DNA of 64,000 nt from Eledone cirrhosa (lineage: Eukaryota), in assembly GCA_964016885.1 (NCBI GenBank), contig OZ024747.1, positions 29,574,001 through 29,638,000 on the forward strand. Direction: 5' to 3'. This document shows positions 38,000 to 52,400 of this stretch, piece after piece (position 1 is the first letter of the stretch; every line of letters starts with the position of its first letter). The position numbers and the translations under genes were made by a program. Below the pieces are notes generated by a model. The model was not told where the DNA came from. It saw nothing but the letters and a program-made list of their open reading frames with translations, and did not search any database.

Positions 38000-40900
38000 C
38001 CGTCCAAGGGGAGATAATTTTTTTAAAAAAATCAGGCGGAGATAATTTGTAAGCAAAAATCAGGGGGAGATAATTTGTAAAAAAAAATCAGGGGGAGATA
38101 ATTTGTAAAAAAAAAATCAGGGGGTGATAATTTGTAAAAAAATCAAGGGGAGATAATTTCCAGCCGTCCAAGGGGAGATAATTTCCAGCCGTCCAAGGGG
38201 AGATAATATCCGGCCGTCCAAGGAGACATATTTTCCAGCCGTCCAAGGAGAGGTAATTTCTAGCCGTCCAAGGGGAGATAAGTTCCAGCCTCCAAGGGGA
38301 GATAATTTCCAGCCAGCCAAGGGGAGATAATTTGTAAAAAAATCAGGGGGAGATAATTTGTAAAAAAAAAATCAGGGGAGATAATTTGTAAAAAAAAAAT
38401 CAGGGGGTGATAATTTGTAAAAAAATCAAGGGGAGATAATTTCCAGCCGTCCAAGGGGAGATAATTTTCAGCCGTCCAAGGAGAGGTAATTTCTAGCCGT
38501 CCAAGGGGAGATAATTTCCAGCCAGCCAAGGGGAGATAATTTGTAAAAAAATCAGGGGTAGATAATTTGTAAAAAAAAATCAGGGGGAGATAATTTGTAA
38601 GAAAAATCAGGGGGAGATAATTTGTAAAAAAAATCAGGGGTAGATAATTTCCAGCCGTCCAAGGGGAGATAATTTCCATCCTTCCAAGGGGAGATAATTT
38701 CCAGCCGTCCAAGGGGAGATAATTTCCCGCCAGCCAAGGAGAGATAACATTTAAAAAAATCAGGCGGAGATAATTTGTAAAAAAAATCAGGGGGAGATAA
38801 TTTGTAAAAAAATCAGGGGGAGATAATTTGTAAAAAAAAAATCAGGGGGAGATAATTTGTAAAAAAAATCAGGGGGAGATAATTTGTAAAAAAAATCAGG
38901 GGTAGATAATTTGTAAAAAAAATCAGGGGGAGATAATTTGTAAAAAAAATCAGGGGGAGATAATTTGTAAAAAAAATCAGGGGTAGATAATTTCCAGCCG
39001 TCCAAGGGGAGATAATTTCCATCCTTCCAAGGGGAGATAATTTCCAGCCGTCCAAGGGGAGATAATTTCCCGCCAGCCAAGGAGAGATAACATTTAAAAA
39101 AATCAGGCGGAGATAATTTGTAAAAAAAATCAGGGGGAGATAATTTGTAAAAAAATCAGGGGGAGATAATTTGTAAAAAAAATCAGGGGTAGATAATTTC
39201 CAGCCGTCCAAGGGGAGATAATTTCCATCCTTCCAAGGGGAGATAATTTCCAGCCGTCCAAGGGGAGATAATTTCCCGCCAGCCAAGGAGAGATAATATT
39301 TAAAAAAATCAGGCGGAGATAATTTGTAAAAAAAATCAGGGGGAGATAATTTGTAAAAAAATCAGGGGGAGATAATTTGTAAAAAAAAATCAGGGGAGAT
39401 AATTTGTAAAAAAAATCAGGGGGAGATAATTTGTAAAAAAAATCAGGGGTAGATAATTTGTAAAAAAAAATCGGGGAGATAATTTGTAAAAAAAAAATCA
39501 GGGGGAGATAATTTGTAAAAAAATCAAGGGGAGATAATTTCCAGCCGTCCAAGGGGAGATAATTTTCAGCCGTCCAAGGAGGTAATTTCTAGCCGTCCAA
39601 GGGGAGATAATTTCCAGCCGTCCAAGGGGAGATAATTTTTTTTAAAAAATCAGGCGGAGATAATTTGTAAACAAAAATCAGGGGGAGATAATGTGTAAAA
39701 AAAAATTAGGGGGAGATAATTTGTAAAAAAAAATCATGGGGAGATAATTTGTAAAAAAATTCAGGGGTAGATAATTTCCAGCCGTCCAAGGGGAGATAAT
39801 TTCCATCCTTCCAAGGGGAGATAATTTCCAGCCGTCCAAGGGGAGATAATTTCCCGCCAGCCAAGGAGAGATAATATTTAAAAAAATCAGGCGGGGATAA
39901 TTTGTAAAAAAAATCAGGGGGAGATAATTTGTAAAAAAATCAGGGGGAGATAATTTGTAAAAAAAAATCAGGGGGAGATAATTTGTAAAAAAAAATCAGG
40001 GGGAGATAATTTGTAAAAAAAAATCAGGGGGAGATAATTTGTAAAAAAAATCAAGGGGAGATAATTTCCAGCCGTCCAAGGGGAGATAATTTTCAGCCGT
40101 CCAAGGAGAGGTAAATTCTAGCCGTCCAAGGGGAGATAATTTCCAGCCGTCCAAGGGGAGATAATTTTTAAAAAAAATCAGGCGGAGATAATTTGTAAAC
40201 AAAAATCAGGGGGAGATAATTTTTAAAAAAAAATCAGGGGGAGATAATTTGTAAAAAAAAATCAGGGGGAGATAATTTGTAAAAAAAATCAAGGGGAGAT
40301 AATTTCCAGCCGTCCAAGGGGAGGTAATATCTAGCCATCCAAGGGGAGATAATTTCCAGCCGTCCAAGGGGAGATAATTTCCAGCCGTCCAAGGGGAGAT
40401 AATATCCAGCCGTCCAAGGAGACATATTTTCCAGCCGTCCAAGGAGAGGTAATTTCTAGCCGTCCAAGGGGAGATAAGTTCCAGCCTCCAAGGGGAGATA
40501 ATTTCCAGCCAGCCAAGGGGAGATAATTTCTAAAAAAATCAGGGGGGAGATAATTTGTAAAAAAAATCAGGGGGAGATAATTTGAAAAAAACATCAGGGG
40601 GAGATAATTTGTAAAAAATATCAAGGGGAGATAATTTCCAGCCCTCCAAGGGGCTATAATTTCCAGCCGTGCAAGGGGAGATAATTTCCAGCCGTCCAAG
40701 GGGAGATAATTTCCATCCTTCCAAGGGGAGATAATTTCCAGCCGTCCAAGGGGAGATAATTTCCCGCCAGCCAAGGGAAGATAATTTTTTAAAAAATCAG
40801 GCGGAGATTGTAAAAAAAATCAGGGGGAGATAATTTGTAAAAAAATCAGGGGGAGATAATTTGTAAAAAAAAAATCAGGGGGAGATAATTTGTAAAAAAA

Positions 40901-43900
40901 AATCAGGGGGAGATAATTTGTAAAAAAAATCAGGGGGAGATAATTTGTAAAAAAAATCAGGGGTAGATAATTTGTAAAAAAAATCAGGGGGAGATAATTT
41001 GTAAAAAAAATCAGGGGGAGATAATTTGTAAAAAAAATCAGGGGTAGATAATTTTCAGCCGTCCAAGGGGAGATAATTTCCATCCTTCCAAGGGGAGATA
41101 ATTTCCAGCCGTCCAAGGGGAGATAATTTCCCGCCAGCCAAGGAGAGATAACATTTAAAAAAATCAGGCGGAGATAATTTGTTAAAAAATCAGGGGGAGA
41201 TAATTTGTAAAAAAAATCAGGGGTAGATAATTTTCAGCCGTCCAAGGGGAGATAATTTCCATCCTTCCAAGGGGAGATAATTTCCAGCCGTCCAAGGGGA
41301 GATAATTTCCCGCCAGCCAAGGAGAGATAACATTTAAAAAAATCAGGGGGAGATAATTTGTAAAAAAAAATCAGGGGGAGATAATTCGTAAAAAAAAATC
41401 AGGGGGAGATAATTTGTAAAAAAAAAATCAGGGGTAGATAATTTGTAAAAAAAAATCAGGGGGAGATAATTTGTAAAAAAAAAATCAGGGGGAGATAATT
41501 TGTAAAAAAATCAAGGGGAGATAATTTCCAGCCGTCCAAGGGGAGATAATTTTCAGCCGTCCAAGGAGAGGTAATTTCTAGCCGTCCAAGGGGAGATAAT
41601 TTCCAGCCGTCCAAGGGGAGATAATTTTTAAAAAAAAATCAGGCGGAGATAATTTGTAAACAAAAATCAGGGGGAGATAATTTGTAAAAAAAAATCAGGG
41701 GGAGATAATTTGTAAAAAAAAATCAGGGGGAGATAATTTGTAAAAAAAATCAAGGGGAGATAATTTGTAAAAAAAATCAGGGGGAGATAATTTGTAGAAA
41801 AAATCAGGGGTAGATAATTTGTAAAAAAAATCAGGAGGAGATAATTTGTAAAAAAAATCAGGGGGAGATAATTTGTAAAAAAAATCAGGGGGAGATAATT
41901 TGTAAAAAAATCAGGGGGAGATAATTTGTAAAAAAAATCAGGGGTAGATAATTTCCAGCCGTCCAAGGGGAGATAATTTCCATCCTTCCAAGGGGAGATA
42001 ATTTCCAGCCGTCCAAGGGGAGATAATTTCCCGCCAGCCAAGGAGAGATAATATTTAAAAAATCAGGCGGAGATAATTTGTAAAAAAAATCAGGGGGAGA
42101 TAATTTGTAAAAAAATCAGGGGGAGATAATTTGTAAAAAAAAATCAGGGGGAGATAATTTGTAAAAAAAATCAGGGGGAGATAATTTGTAAAAAAAAATC
42201 AGGGGTAGATAATTTGTAAAAAAAAATCAGGGGGAGATAATTTGTAAAAAAAAAATCAGGGGGAGATAATTTGTAAAAAAATCAAGGGGAGATAATTTCC
42301 AGCCGTCCAAGGGGAGATAATTTTCAGCCGTCCAAGGAGAGGTAATTTCTAGCCGTCCAAGGGGAGATAATTTCCAGCCGTCCAAGGGGAGATAATTTTT
42401 TTAAAAAAATCAGGCGGAGATAATTTGTAAGCAAAAATCAGGGGGAGATAATTTGTAAAAAAAAATCAGGGGGAGATAATTTGTAAAAAAAAAATCAGGG
42501 GGTGATAATTTGTAAAAAAATCAAGGGGAGATAATTTCCAGCCGTCCAAGGGGAGATAATTTCCAGCCGTCCAAGGGGAGATAATATCCGGCCGTCCAAG
42601 GAGACATATTTTCCAGCCGTCCAAGGAGAGGTAATTTCTAGCCGTCCAAGGGGAGATAAGTTCCAGCCTCCAAGGGGAGATAATTTCCAGCCAGCCAAGG
42701 GGAGATAATTTGTAAAAAAATCAGGGGGAGATAATTTGTAAAAAAAAAATCAGGGGGAGATAATTTGTAAAAAAAAAATCAGGGGGTGATAATTTGTAAA
42801 AAAATCAAGGGGAGATAATTTCCAGCCGTCCAAGGGGAGATAATTTTCAGCCGTCCAAGGAGAGGTAATTTCTAGCCGTCCAAGGGGAGATAATTTCCAG
42901 CCAGCCAAGGGGAGATAATTTGTAAAAAAATCAGGGGTAGATAATTTGTAAAAAAAAATCAGGGGGAGATAATTTGTAAGAAAAATCAGGGGGAGATAAT
43001 TTGTAAGAAAAATCAGGGGGAGATAATTTGTAAAAAAAATCAGGGGTAGATAATTTCCAGCCGTCCAAGGGGAGATAATTTCCATCCTTCCAAGGGGAGA
43101 TAATTTCCAGCCGTCCAAGGGGAGATAATTTCCCGCCAGCCAAGGAGAGATAACATTTAAAAAAATCAGGCGGAGATAATTTGTAAAAAAAATCAGGGGT
43201 AGATAATTTGTAAAAAAATCAGGGGGAGATAATTTGTAAAAAAAAAATCAGGGGGAGATAATTTGTAAAAAAAATCAGGGGGAGATAATTTGTAAAAAAA
43301 ATCAGGGGTAGATAATTTGTAAAAAAAATCAGGGGGAGATAATTTGTAAAAAAAATCAGGGGGAGATAATTTGTAAAAAAAATCAGGGGTAGATAATTTC
43401 CAGCCGTCCAAGGGGAGATAATTTCCATCCTTCCAAGGGGAGATAATTTCCAGCCGTCCAAGGGGAGATAATTTCCCGCCAGCCAAGGAGAGATAACATT
43501 TAAAAAAATCAGGCGGAGATAATTTGTAAAAAAAATCAGGGGGAGATAATTTGTAAAAAAATCAGGGGGAGATAATTTGTAAAAAAAATCAGGGGTAGAT
43601 AATTTCCAGCCGTCCAAGGGGAGATAATTTCCATCCTTCCAAGGGGAGATAATTTCCAGCCGTCCAAGGGGAGATAATTTCCCGCCAGCCAAGGAGAGAT
43701 AATATTTAAAAAAATCAGGCGGAGATAATTTGTAAAAAAAATCAGGGGGAGATAATTTGTAAAAAAATCAGGGGGAGATAATTTGTAAAAAAAAATCAGG
43801 GGAGATAATTTGTAAAAAAAATCAGGGGGAGATAATTTGTAAAAAAAATCAGGGGTAGATAATTTGTAAAAAAAAATCGGGGAGATAATTTGTAAAAAAA

Positions 43901-46900
43901 AAATCAGGGGGAGATAATTTGTAAAAAAATCAAGGGGAGATAATTTCCAGCCGTCCAAGGGGAGATAATTTTCAGCCGTCCAAGGAGGTAATTTCTAGCC
44001 GTCCAAGGGGAGATAATTTCCAGCCGTCCAAGGGGAGATAATTTTTTTTAAAAAATCAGGCGGAGATAATTTGTAAACAAAAATCAGGGGGAGATAATGT
44101 GTAAAAAAAAATTAGGGGGAGATAATTTGTAAAAAAAAATCATGGGGAGATAATTTGTAAAAAAATTCAGGGGTAGATAATTTCCAGCCGTCCAAGGGGA
44201 GATAATTTCCATCCTTCCAAGGGGAGATAATTTCCAGCCGTCCAAGGGGAGATAATTTCCCGCCAGCCAAGGAGAGATAATATTTAAAAAAATCAGGCGG
44301 GGATAATTTGTAAAAAAAATCAGGGGGAGATAATTTGTAAAAAAATCAGGGGGAGATAATTTGTAAAAAAAAATCAGGGGGAGATAATTTGTAAAAAAAA
44401 ATCAGGGGGAGATAATTTGTAAAAAAAAATCAGGGGGAGATAATTTGTAAAAAAAATCAAGGGGAGATAATTTCCAGCCGTCCAAGGGGAGATAATTTTC
44501 AGCCGTCCAAGGAGAGGTAAATTCTAGCCGTCCAAGGGGAGATAATTTCCAGCCGTCCAAGGGGAGATAATTTTTAAAAAAAAATCAGGCGGAGATAATT
44601 TGTAAACAAAAATCAGGGGGAGATAATTTTTAAAAAAAAATCAGGGGGAGATAATTTGTAAAAAAAAATCAGGGGGAGATAATTTGTAAAAAAAATCAAG
44701 GGGAGATAATTTCCAGCCGTCCAAGGGGAGGTAATATCTAGCGATCCAAGGGGAGATAATTTCCAGCCGTCCAAGGGGAGATAATTTCCAGCCGTCCAAG
44801 GGGAGATAATATCCAGCCGTCCAAGGAGACATATTTTCCAGCCGTCCAAGGAGAGGTAATTTCTAGCCGTCCAAGGGGAGATAAGTTCCAGCCTCCAAGG
44901 GGAGATAATTTCCAGCCAGCCAAGGGGAGATAATTTCTAAAAAAATCAGGGGGGAGATAATTTGTAAAAAAAATCAGGGGGAGATAATTTGAAAAAAACA
45001 TCAGGGGGAGATAATTTGTAAAAAATATCAAGGGGAGATAATTTCCAGCCCTCCAAGGGGCTATAATTTCCAGCCGTGCAAGGGGAGATAATTTCCAGCC
45101 GTCCAAGGGGAGATAATTTCCATCCTTCCAAGGGGAGATAATTTCCAGCCGTCCAAGGGGAGATAATTTCCCGCCAGCCAAGGGAAGATAATTTTTTAAA
45201 AAATCAGGCGGAGATTGTAAAAAAAATCAGGGGGAGATAATTTGTAAAAAAATCAGGGGGAGATAATTTGTAAAAAAAAAATCAGGGGGAGATAATTTGT
45301 AAAAAAAAATCAGGGGGAGATAATTTGTAAAAAAAATCAGGGGGAGATAATTTGTAAAAAAAATCAGGGGTAGATAATTTGTAAAAAAAATCAGGGGGAG
45401 ATAATTTGTAAAAAAAATCAGGGGGAGATAATTTGTAAAAAAAATCAGGGGTAGATAATTTTCAGCCGTCCAAGGGGAGATAATTTCCATCCTTCCAAGG
45501 GGAGATAATTTCCAGCCGTCCAAGGGGAGATAATTTCCCGCCAGCCAAGGAGAGATAACATTTAAAAAAATCAGGCGGAGATAATTTGTTAAAAAATCAG
45601 GGGGAGATAATTTGTAAAAAAAATCAGGGGTAGATAATTTTCAGCCGTCCAAGGGGAGATAATTTCCATCCTTCCAAGGGGAGATAATTTCCAGCCGTCC
45701 AAGGGGAGATAATTTCCCGCCAGCCAAGGAGAGATAACATTTAAAAAAATCAGGGGGAGATAATTTGTAAAAAAAAATCAGGGGGAGATAATTCGTAAAA
45801 AAAAATCAGGGGGAGATAATTTGTAAAAAAAAATCAGGGGTAGATAATTTGTAAAAAAAAATCAGGGGGAGATAATTTGTAAAAAAAAAATCAGGGGGAG
45901 ATAATTTGTAAAAAAATCAAGGGGAGATAATTTCCAGCCGTCCAAGGGGAGATAATTTTCAGCCGTCCAAGGAGAGGTAATTTCTAGCCGTCCAAGGGGA
46001 GATAATTTCCAGCCGTCCAAGGGGAGATAATTTTTTAAAAAAAATCAGGCGGAGATAATTTGTAAACAGAAATCAGGGGGAGATAATTTGTAAAAAAAAA
46101 TCAGGGGGAGATAATTTGTAAAAAAAAATCAGGGGGAGATAATTTGTAAAAAAAATCAAGGGGAGATAATTTCTAAAAAAAAATCAGGGGTAGATAATTT
46201 GTAAAAAAAAATCAGGGGGAGATAATTTGTAAAAAAAAAATCAGGGGGAGATAATTTGTAAAAAAATCAAGGGGAGATAATTTCCAGCCGTCCAAGGGGA
46301 GATAATTTTCAGCCGTCCAAGGACAGGTAATTTCTAGCCGTCCAAGGGGAGATAATTTCCAGCCAGCCAAGGGGAGATAATTTGTAAAAAAATCAGGGGT
46401 AGATAATTTGTAAAAAAAAATCAGGGGGAGATAATTTGTAAAAAAAATCAGGGGGAGATAATTTGTAAAAAAAATCAGGGGTAGATAATTTCCAGCCGTC
46501 CAAGGGGAGATAATTTCCATCCTTCCAAGGGGAGATAATTTCCAGCCGTCCAAGGGGAGATAATTTCAGGCCAGCCAAGGAGAGATAACATTTAAAAAAA
46601 TCAGGCGGAGATAATTTGTAAAAAAAATCAGGGGGAGATAATTTGTAAAAAAATCAGGGGGAGATAATTTGTAAAAAAAATCAGGGGTAGATAATTTCCA
46701 GCCGTCCAAGGGGAGATAATTTCCATCCTTCCAAGGGGAGATAATTTCCAGCCGTCCAAGGGGAGATAATTTCCCGCCAGCCAAGGAGAGATAATATTTA
46801 AAAAAATCAGGCGGAGATAATTTGTAAAAAAAATCAGGGGGAGATAATTTGTAAAAAAATCAGGGGGAGATAATTTGTAAAAAAAAATCAGGGGAGATAA

Positions 46901-49900
46901 TTTGTAAAAAAAAATCAGGGGGAGATAATTTGTAAAAAAAAATCAGGGGTAGATAATTTGTAAAAAAAAATCAGGGGGAGATAATTTGTAAAAAAAAAAT
47001 CAGGGGGAGATAATTTGTAAAAAAATCAAGGGGAGATAATTTCCAGCCGTCCAAGGGGAGATAATTTTCAGCCGTCCAAGTAGGTAATTTCTAGCCGTCC
47101 AAGGGGAGATAATTTCCAGCCGTCCAAGGGGATATAATTTTTTTTAAAAAATCAGGCGGAGATAATTTGTAAACAAAAATCAGGGGGAGATAATTTGTAA
47201 AAAAAAATCAGGGGGAGATAATTTGTAAAAAAAAATCAGGGGGAGATAATTTGTAAAAAAAATCAAGGGGAGATAATTTCCAGCCGTCCAAGGGGAGGTA
47301 ATATCTAGCCATCCAAGGGGAGATAATTTCCAGCCGTCCAAGGGGAGATAATTTCCAGCCGTCCAAGGGGAGATAATATCCAGCCGTCCAAGGAGACATA
47401 TTTTCCAGCCGTCCAAGGAGAGGTAATTTCTAGCCGTCCAAGGGGAGATAAGTTCCAGCCTCCAAGGGGAGAAAATTTCCAGCCAGTCAAGGGGAGATAA
47501 TTTGTAAAAAAATCAGGGGGAGATAATTTGTAAAAAAAAAATCAGGGGGAGATAATTTGTAAAAAAATCAGGGGGAGATAATTTGTAAAAAAAAAATCAG
47601 GGGGAGATAATTTGTAAAAAAAATCAGGGGGAGATAATTTGTAGAAAAAATCAGGGGTAGATAATTTGTAAAAAAAATCAGGAGGAGATAATTTGTAAAA
47701 AAAATCAGGGGGAGATAATTTGTAAAAAAAATCAGGGGGAGATAATTTGTAAAAAAATCAGGGGGAGATAATTTGTAAAAAAAATCAGGGGTAGATAATT
47801 TCCAGCCGTCCAAGAGGAGATAATTTCCATCCTTCCAAGGGGAGATAATTTCCAGCCGTCCAAGGGGAGATAATTTCCCGCCAGCCAAGGAGAGATAATA
47901 TTTAAAAAATCAGGCGGAGATAATTTGTAAAAAAAATCAGGGGGAGATAATTTGTAAAAAAATCAGGGGGAGATAATTTGTAAAAAAAAATCAGGGGGAG
48001 ATAATTTGTAAAAAAAATCAGGGGGAGATAATTTGTAAAAAAAAATCAGGGGTAGATAATTTGTAAAAAAAAATCAGGGGGAGATAATTTGTAAAAAAAA
48101 AATCAGGGGGAGATAATTTGTAAAAAAATCAAGGGGAGATAATTTCCAGCCGTCCAAGGGGAGATAATTTTCAGCCGTCCAAGGAGAGGTAATTTCTAGC
48201 CGTCCAAGGGGAGATAATTTCCAGCCGTCCAAGGGGAGATAATTTTTTTTAAAAAATCAGGCGGAGATAATTTGTAAGCAAAAATCAGGGGGAGATAATT
48301 TGTAAAAAAAAATCAGGGGGAGATAATTTGTAAAAAAAAAATCAGGGGGTGATAATTTGTAAAAAAATCAAGGGGAGATAATTTCCAGCCGTCCAAGGGG
48401 AGATAATTTCCAGCCGTCCAAGGGGAGATAATATCCGGCCGTCCAAGGAGACATATTTTCCAGCCGTCCAAGGAGAGGTAATTTCTAGCCGTCCAAGGGG
48501 AGATAAGTTCCAGCCTCCAAGGGGAGATAATTTCCAGCCAGCCAAGGGGAGATAATTTGTAAAAAAATCAGGGGGAGATAATTTGTAAAAAAAAAATCAG
48601 GGGGAGATAATTTGTAAAAAAAAAATCAGGGGGTGATAATTTGTAAAAAAATCAAGGGGAGATAATTTCCAGCCGTCCAAGGGGAGATAATTTTCAGCCG
48701 TCCAAGGAGAGGTAATTTCTAGCCGTCCAAGGGGAGATAATTTCCAGCCAGCCAAGGGGAGATAATTTGTAAAAAAATCAGGGGTAGATAATTTGTAAAA
48801 AAAAATCAGGGGGAGATAATTTGTAAGAAAAATCAGGGGGAGATAATTTGTAAAAAAAATCAGGGGTAGATAATTTCCAGCCGTCCAAGGGGAGATAATT
48901 TCCATCCTTCCAAGGGGAGATAATTTCCAGCCGTCCAAGGGGAGATAATTTCCCGCCAGCCAAGGAGAGATAACATTTAAAAAAATCAGGCGGAGATAAT
49001 TTGTAAAAAAAATCAGGGGGAGATAATTTGTAAAAAAATCAGGGGGAGATAATTTGTAAAAAAAAAATCAGGGGGAGATAATTTGTAAAAAAAATCAGGG
49101 GGAGATAATTTGTAAAAAAAATCAGGGGTAGATAATTTGTAAAAAAAATCAGGGGGAGATAATTTGTAAAAAAAATCAGGGGGAGATAATTTGTAAAAAA
49201 AATCAGGGGTAGATAATTTCCAGCCGTCCAAGGGGAGATAATTTCCATCCTTCCAAGGGGAGATAATTTCCAGCCGTCCAAGGGGAGATAATTTCCCGCC
49301 AGCCAAGGAGAGATAACATTTAAAAAAATCAGGCGGAGATAATTTGTAAAAAAAATCAGGGGGAGATAATTTGTAAAAAAATCAGGGGGAGATAATTTGT
49401 AAAAAAAATCAGGGGTAGATAATTTCCAGCCGTCCAAGGGGAGATAATTTCCATCCTTCCAAGGGGAGATAATTTCCAGCCGTCCAAGGGGAGATAATTT
49501 CCCGCCAGCCAAGGAGAGATAATATTTAAAAAAATCAGGCGGAGATAATTTGTAAAAAAAATCAGGGGGAGATAATTTGTAAAAAAATCAGGGGGAGATA
49601 ATTTGTAAAAAAAAATCAGGGGAGATAATTTGTAAAAAAAATCAGGGGGAGATAATTTGTAAAAAAAATCAGGGGTAGATAATTTGTAAAAAAAAATCGG
49701 GGAGATAATTTGTAAAAAAAAAATCAGGGGGAGATAATTTGTAAAAAAATCAAGGGGAGATAATTTCCAGCCGTCCAAGGGGAGATAATTTTCAGCCGTC
49801 CAAGGAGGTAATTTCTAGCCGTCCAAGGGGAGATAATTTCCAGCCGTCCAAGGGGAGATAATTTTTTTTAAAAAATCAGGCGGAGATAATTTGTAAACAA

Positions 49901-52400
49901 AAATCAGGGGGAGATAATGTGTAAAAAAAAATTAGGGGGAGATAATTTGTAAAAAAAAATCATGGGGAGATAATTTGTAAAAAAATTCAGGGGTAGATAA
50001 TTTCCAGCCGTCCAAGGGGAGATAATTTCCATCCTTCCAAGGGGAGATAATTTCCAGCCGTCCAAGGGGAGATAATTTCCCGCCAGCCAAGGAGAGATAA
50101 TATTTAAAAAAATCAGGCGGGGATAATTTGTAAAAAAAATCAGGGGGAGATAATTTGTAAAAAAATCAGGGGGAGATAATTTGTAAAAAAAAATCAGGGG
50201 GAGATAATTTGTAAAAAAAAATCAGGGGGAGATAATTTGTAAAAAAAAATCAGGGGGAGATAATTTGTAAAAAAAATCAAGGGGAGATAATTTCCAGCCG
50301 TCCAAGGGGAGATAATTTTCAGCCGTCCAAGGAGAGGTAAATTCTAGCCGTCCAAGGGGAGATAATTTCCAGCCGTCCAAGGGGAGATAATTTTTAAAAA
50401 AAAATCAGGCGGAGATAATTTGTAAACAAAAATCAGGGGGAGATAATTTTTAAAAAAAAATCAGGGGGAGATAATTTGTAAAAAAAAATCAGGGGGAGAT
50501 AATTTGTAAAAAAAATCAAGGGGAGATAATTTCCAGCCGTCCAAGGGGAGGTAATATCTAGCCATCCAAGGGGAGATAATTTCCAGCCGTCCAAGGGGAG
50601 ATAATTTCCAGCCGTCCAAGGGGAGATAATATCCAGCCGTCCAAGGAGACATATTTTCCAGCCGTCCAAGGAGAGGTAATTTCTAGCCGTCCAAGGGGAG
50701 ATAAGTTCCAGCCTCCAAGGGGAGATAATTTCCAGCCAGCCAAGGGGAGATAATTTCTAAAAAAATCAGGGGGGAGATAATTTGTAAAAAAAATCAGGGG
50801 GAGATAATTTGAAAAAAACATCAGGGGGAGATAATTTGTAAAAAATATCAAGGGGAGATAATTTCCAGCCCTCCAAGGGGCTATAATTTCCAGCCGTGCA
50901 AGGGGAGATAATTTCCAGCCGTCCAAGGGGAGATAATTTCCATCCTTCCAAGGGGAGATAATTTCCAGCCGTCCAAGGGGAGATAATTTCCCGCCAGCCA
51001 AGGGAAGATAATTTTTTAAAAAATCAGGCGGAGATTGTAAAAAAAATCAGGGGGAGATAATTTGTAAAAAAATCAGGGGGAGATAATTTGTAAAAAAAAA
51101 ATCAGGGGGAGATAATTTGTAAAAAAAAATCAGGGGGAGATAATTTGTAAAAAAAATCAGGGGGAGATAATTTGTAAAAAAAATCAGGGGTAGATAATTT
51201 GTAAAAAAAATCAGGGGGAGATAATTTGTAAAAAAAATCAGGGGGAGATAATTTGTAAAAAAAATCAGGGGTAGATAATTTTCAGCCGTCCAAGGGGAGA
51301 TAATTTCCATCCTTCCAAGGGGAGATAATTTCCAGCCGTCCAAGGGGAGATAATTTCCCGCCAGCCAAGGAGAGATAACATTTAAAAAAATCAGGCGGAG
51401 ATAATTTGTTAAAAAATCAGGGGGAGATAATTTGTAAAAAAAATCAGGGGTAGATAATTTTCAGCCGTCCAAGGGGAGATAATTTCCATCCTTCCAAGGG
51501 GAGATAATTTCCAGCCGTCCAAGGGGAGATAATTTCCCGCCAGCCAAGGAGAGATAACATTTAAAAAAATCAGGGGGAGATAATTTGTAAAAAAAAATCA
51601 GGGGGAGATAATTCGTAAAAAAAAATCAGGGGGAGATAATTTGTAAAAAAAAAATCAGGGGTAGATAATTTGTAAAAAAAAATCAGGGGGAGATAATTTG
51701 TAAAAAAAAAATCAGGGGGAGATAATTTGTAAAAAAATCAAGGGGAGATAATTTCCAGCCGTCCAAGGGGAGATAATTTTCAGCCGTCCAAGGAGAGGTA
51801 ATTTCTAGCCGTCCAAGGGGAGATAATTTCCAGCCGTCCAAGGGGAGATAATTTTTAAAAAAAAATCAGGCGGAGATAATTTGTAAACAAAAATCAGGGG
51901 GAGATAATTTGTAAAAAAAAATCAGGGGGAGATAATTTGTAAAAAAAAATCAGGGGGAGATAATTTGTAAAAAAAATCAAGGGGAGATAATTTGTAAAAA
52001 AAAATCAGGGGTAGATAATTTGTAAAAAAAAATCAGGGGGAGATAATTTGTAAAAAAAAAATCAGGGGGAGATAATTTGTAAAAAAATCAAGGGGAGATA
52101 ATTTCCAGCCGTCCAAGGGGAGATAATTTTCAGCCGTCCAAGGACAGGTAATTTCTAGCCGTCCAAGGGGAGATAATTTCCAGCCAGCCAAGGGGAGATA
52201 ATTTGTAAAAAAATCAGGGGTAGATAATTTGTAAAAAAAAATCAGGGGGAGATAATTTGTAAAAAAAATCAGGGGGAGATAATTTGTAAAAAAAATCAGG
52301 GGTAGATAATTACCAGCCGTCCAAGGGGAGATAATTTCCATCCTTCCAAGGGGAGATAATTTCCAGCCGTCCAAGGGGAGATAATTTCCCGCCAGCCAAG
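38000..52400 (+). repeat. Tandem ~4.4-kb then 5.82-kb higher-order units (boundaries approximate)
   Basis: The GCCCTCCAAGGGGCTATAAT marker lies at 40641, 45048 and 50868 (spacings 4407 and 5820). ORF offsets agree: 38117/42495, 43193/49013, 45227/51047. Confidence 0.8.

Larger units (their letters stand above)
31924..38979 (+). repeat. Segmental duplication copy 2 (includes island 2)
   Basis: Matches 1-7057; the true left boundary may lie upstream of 31924 because copy 1 is cut by the window edge. Confidence 0.9.
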
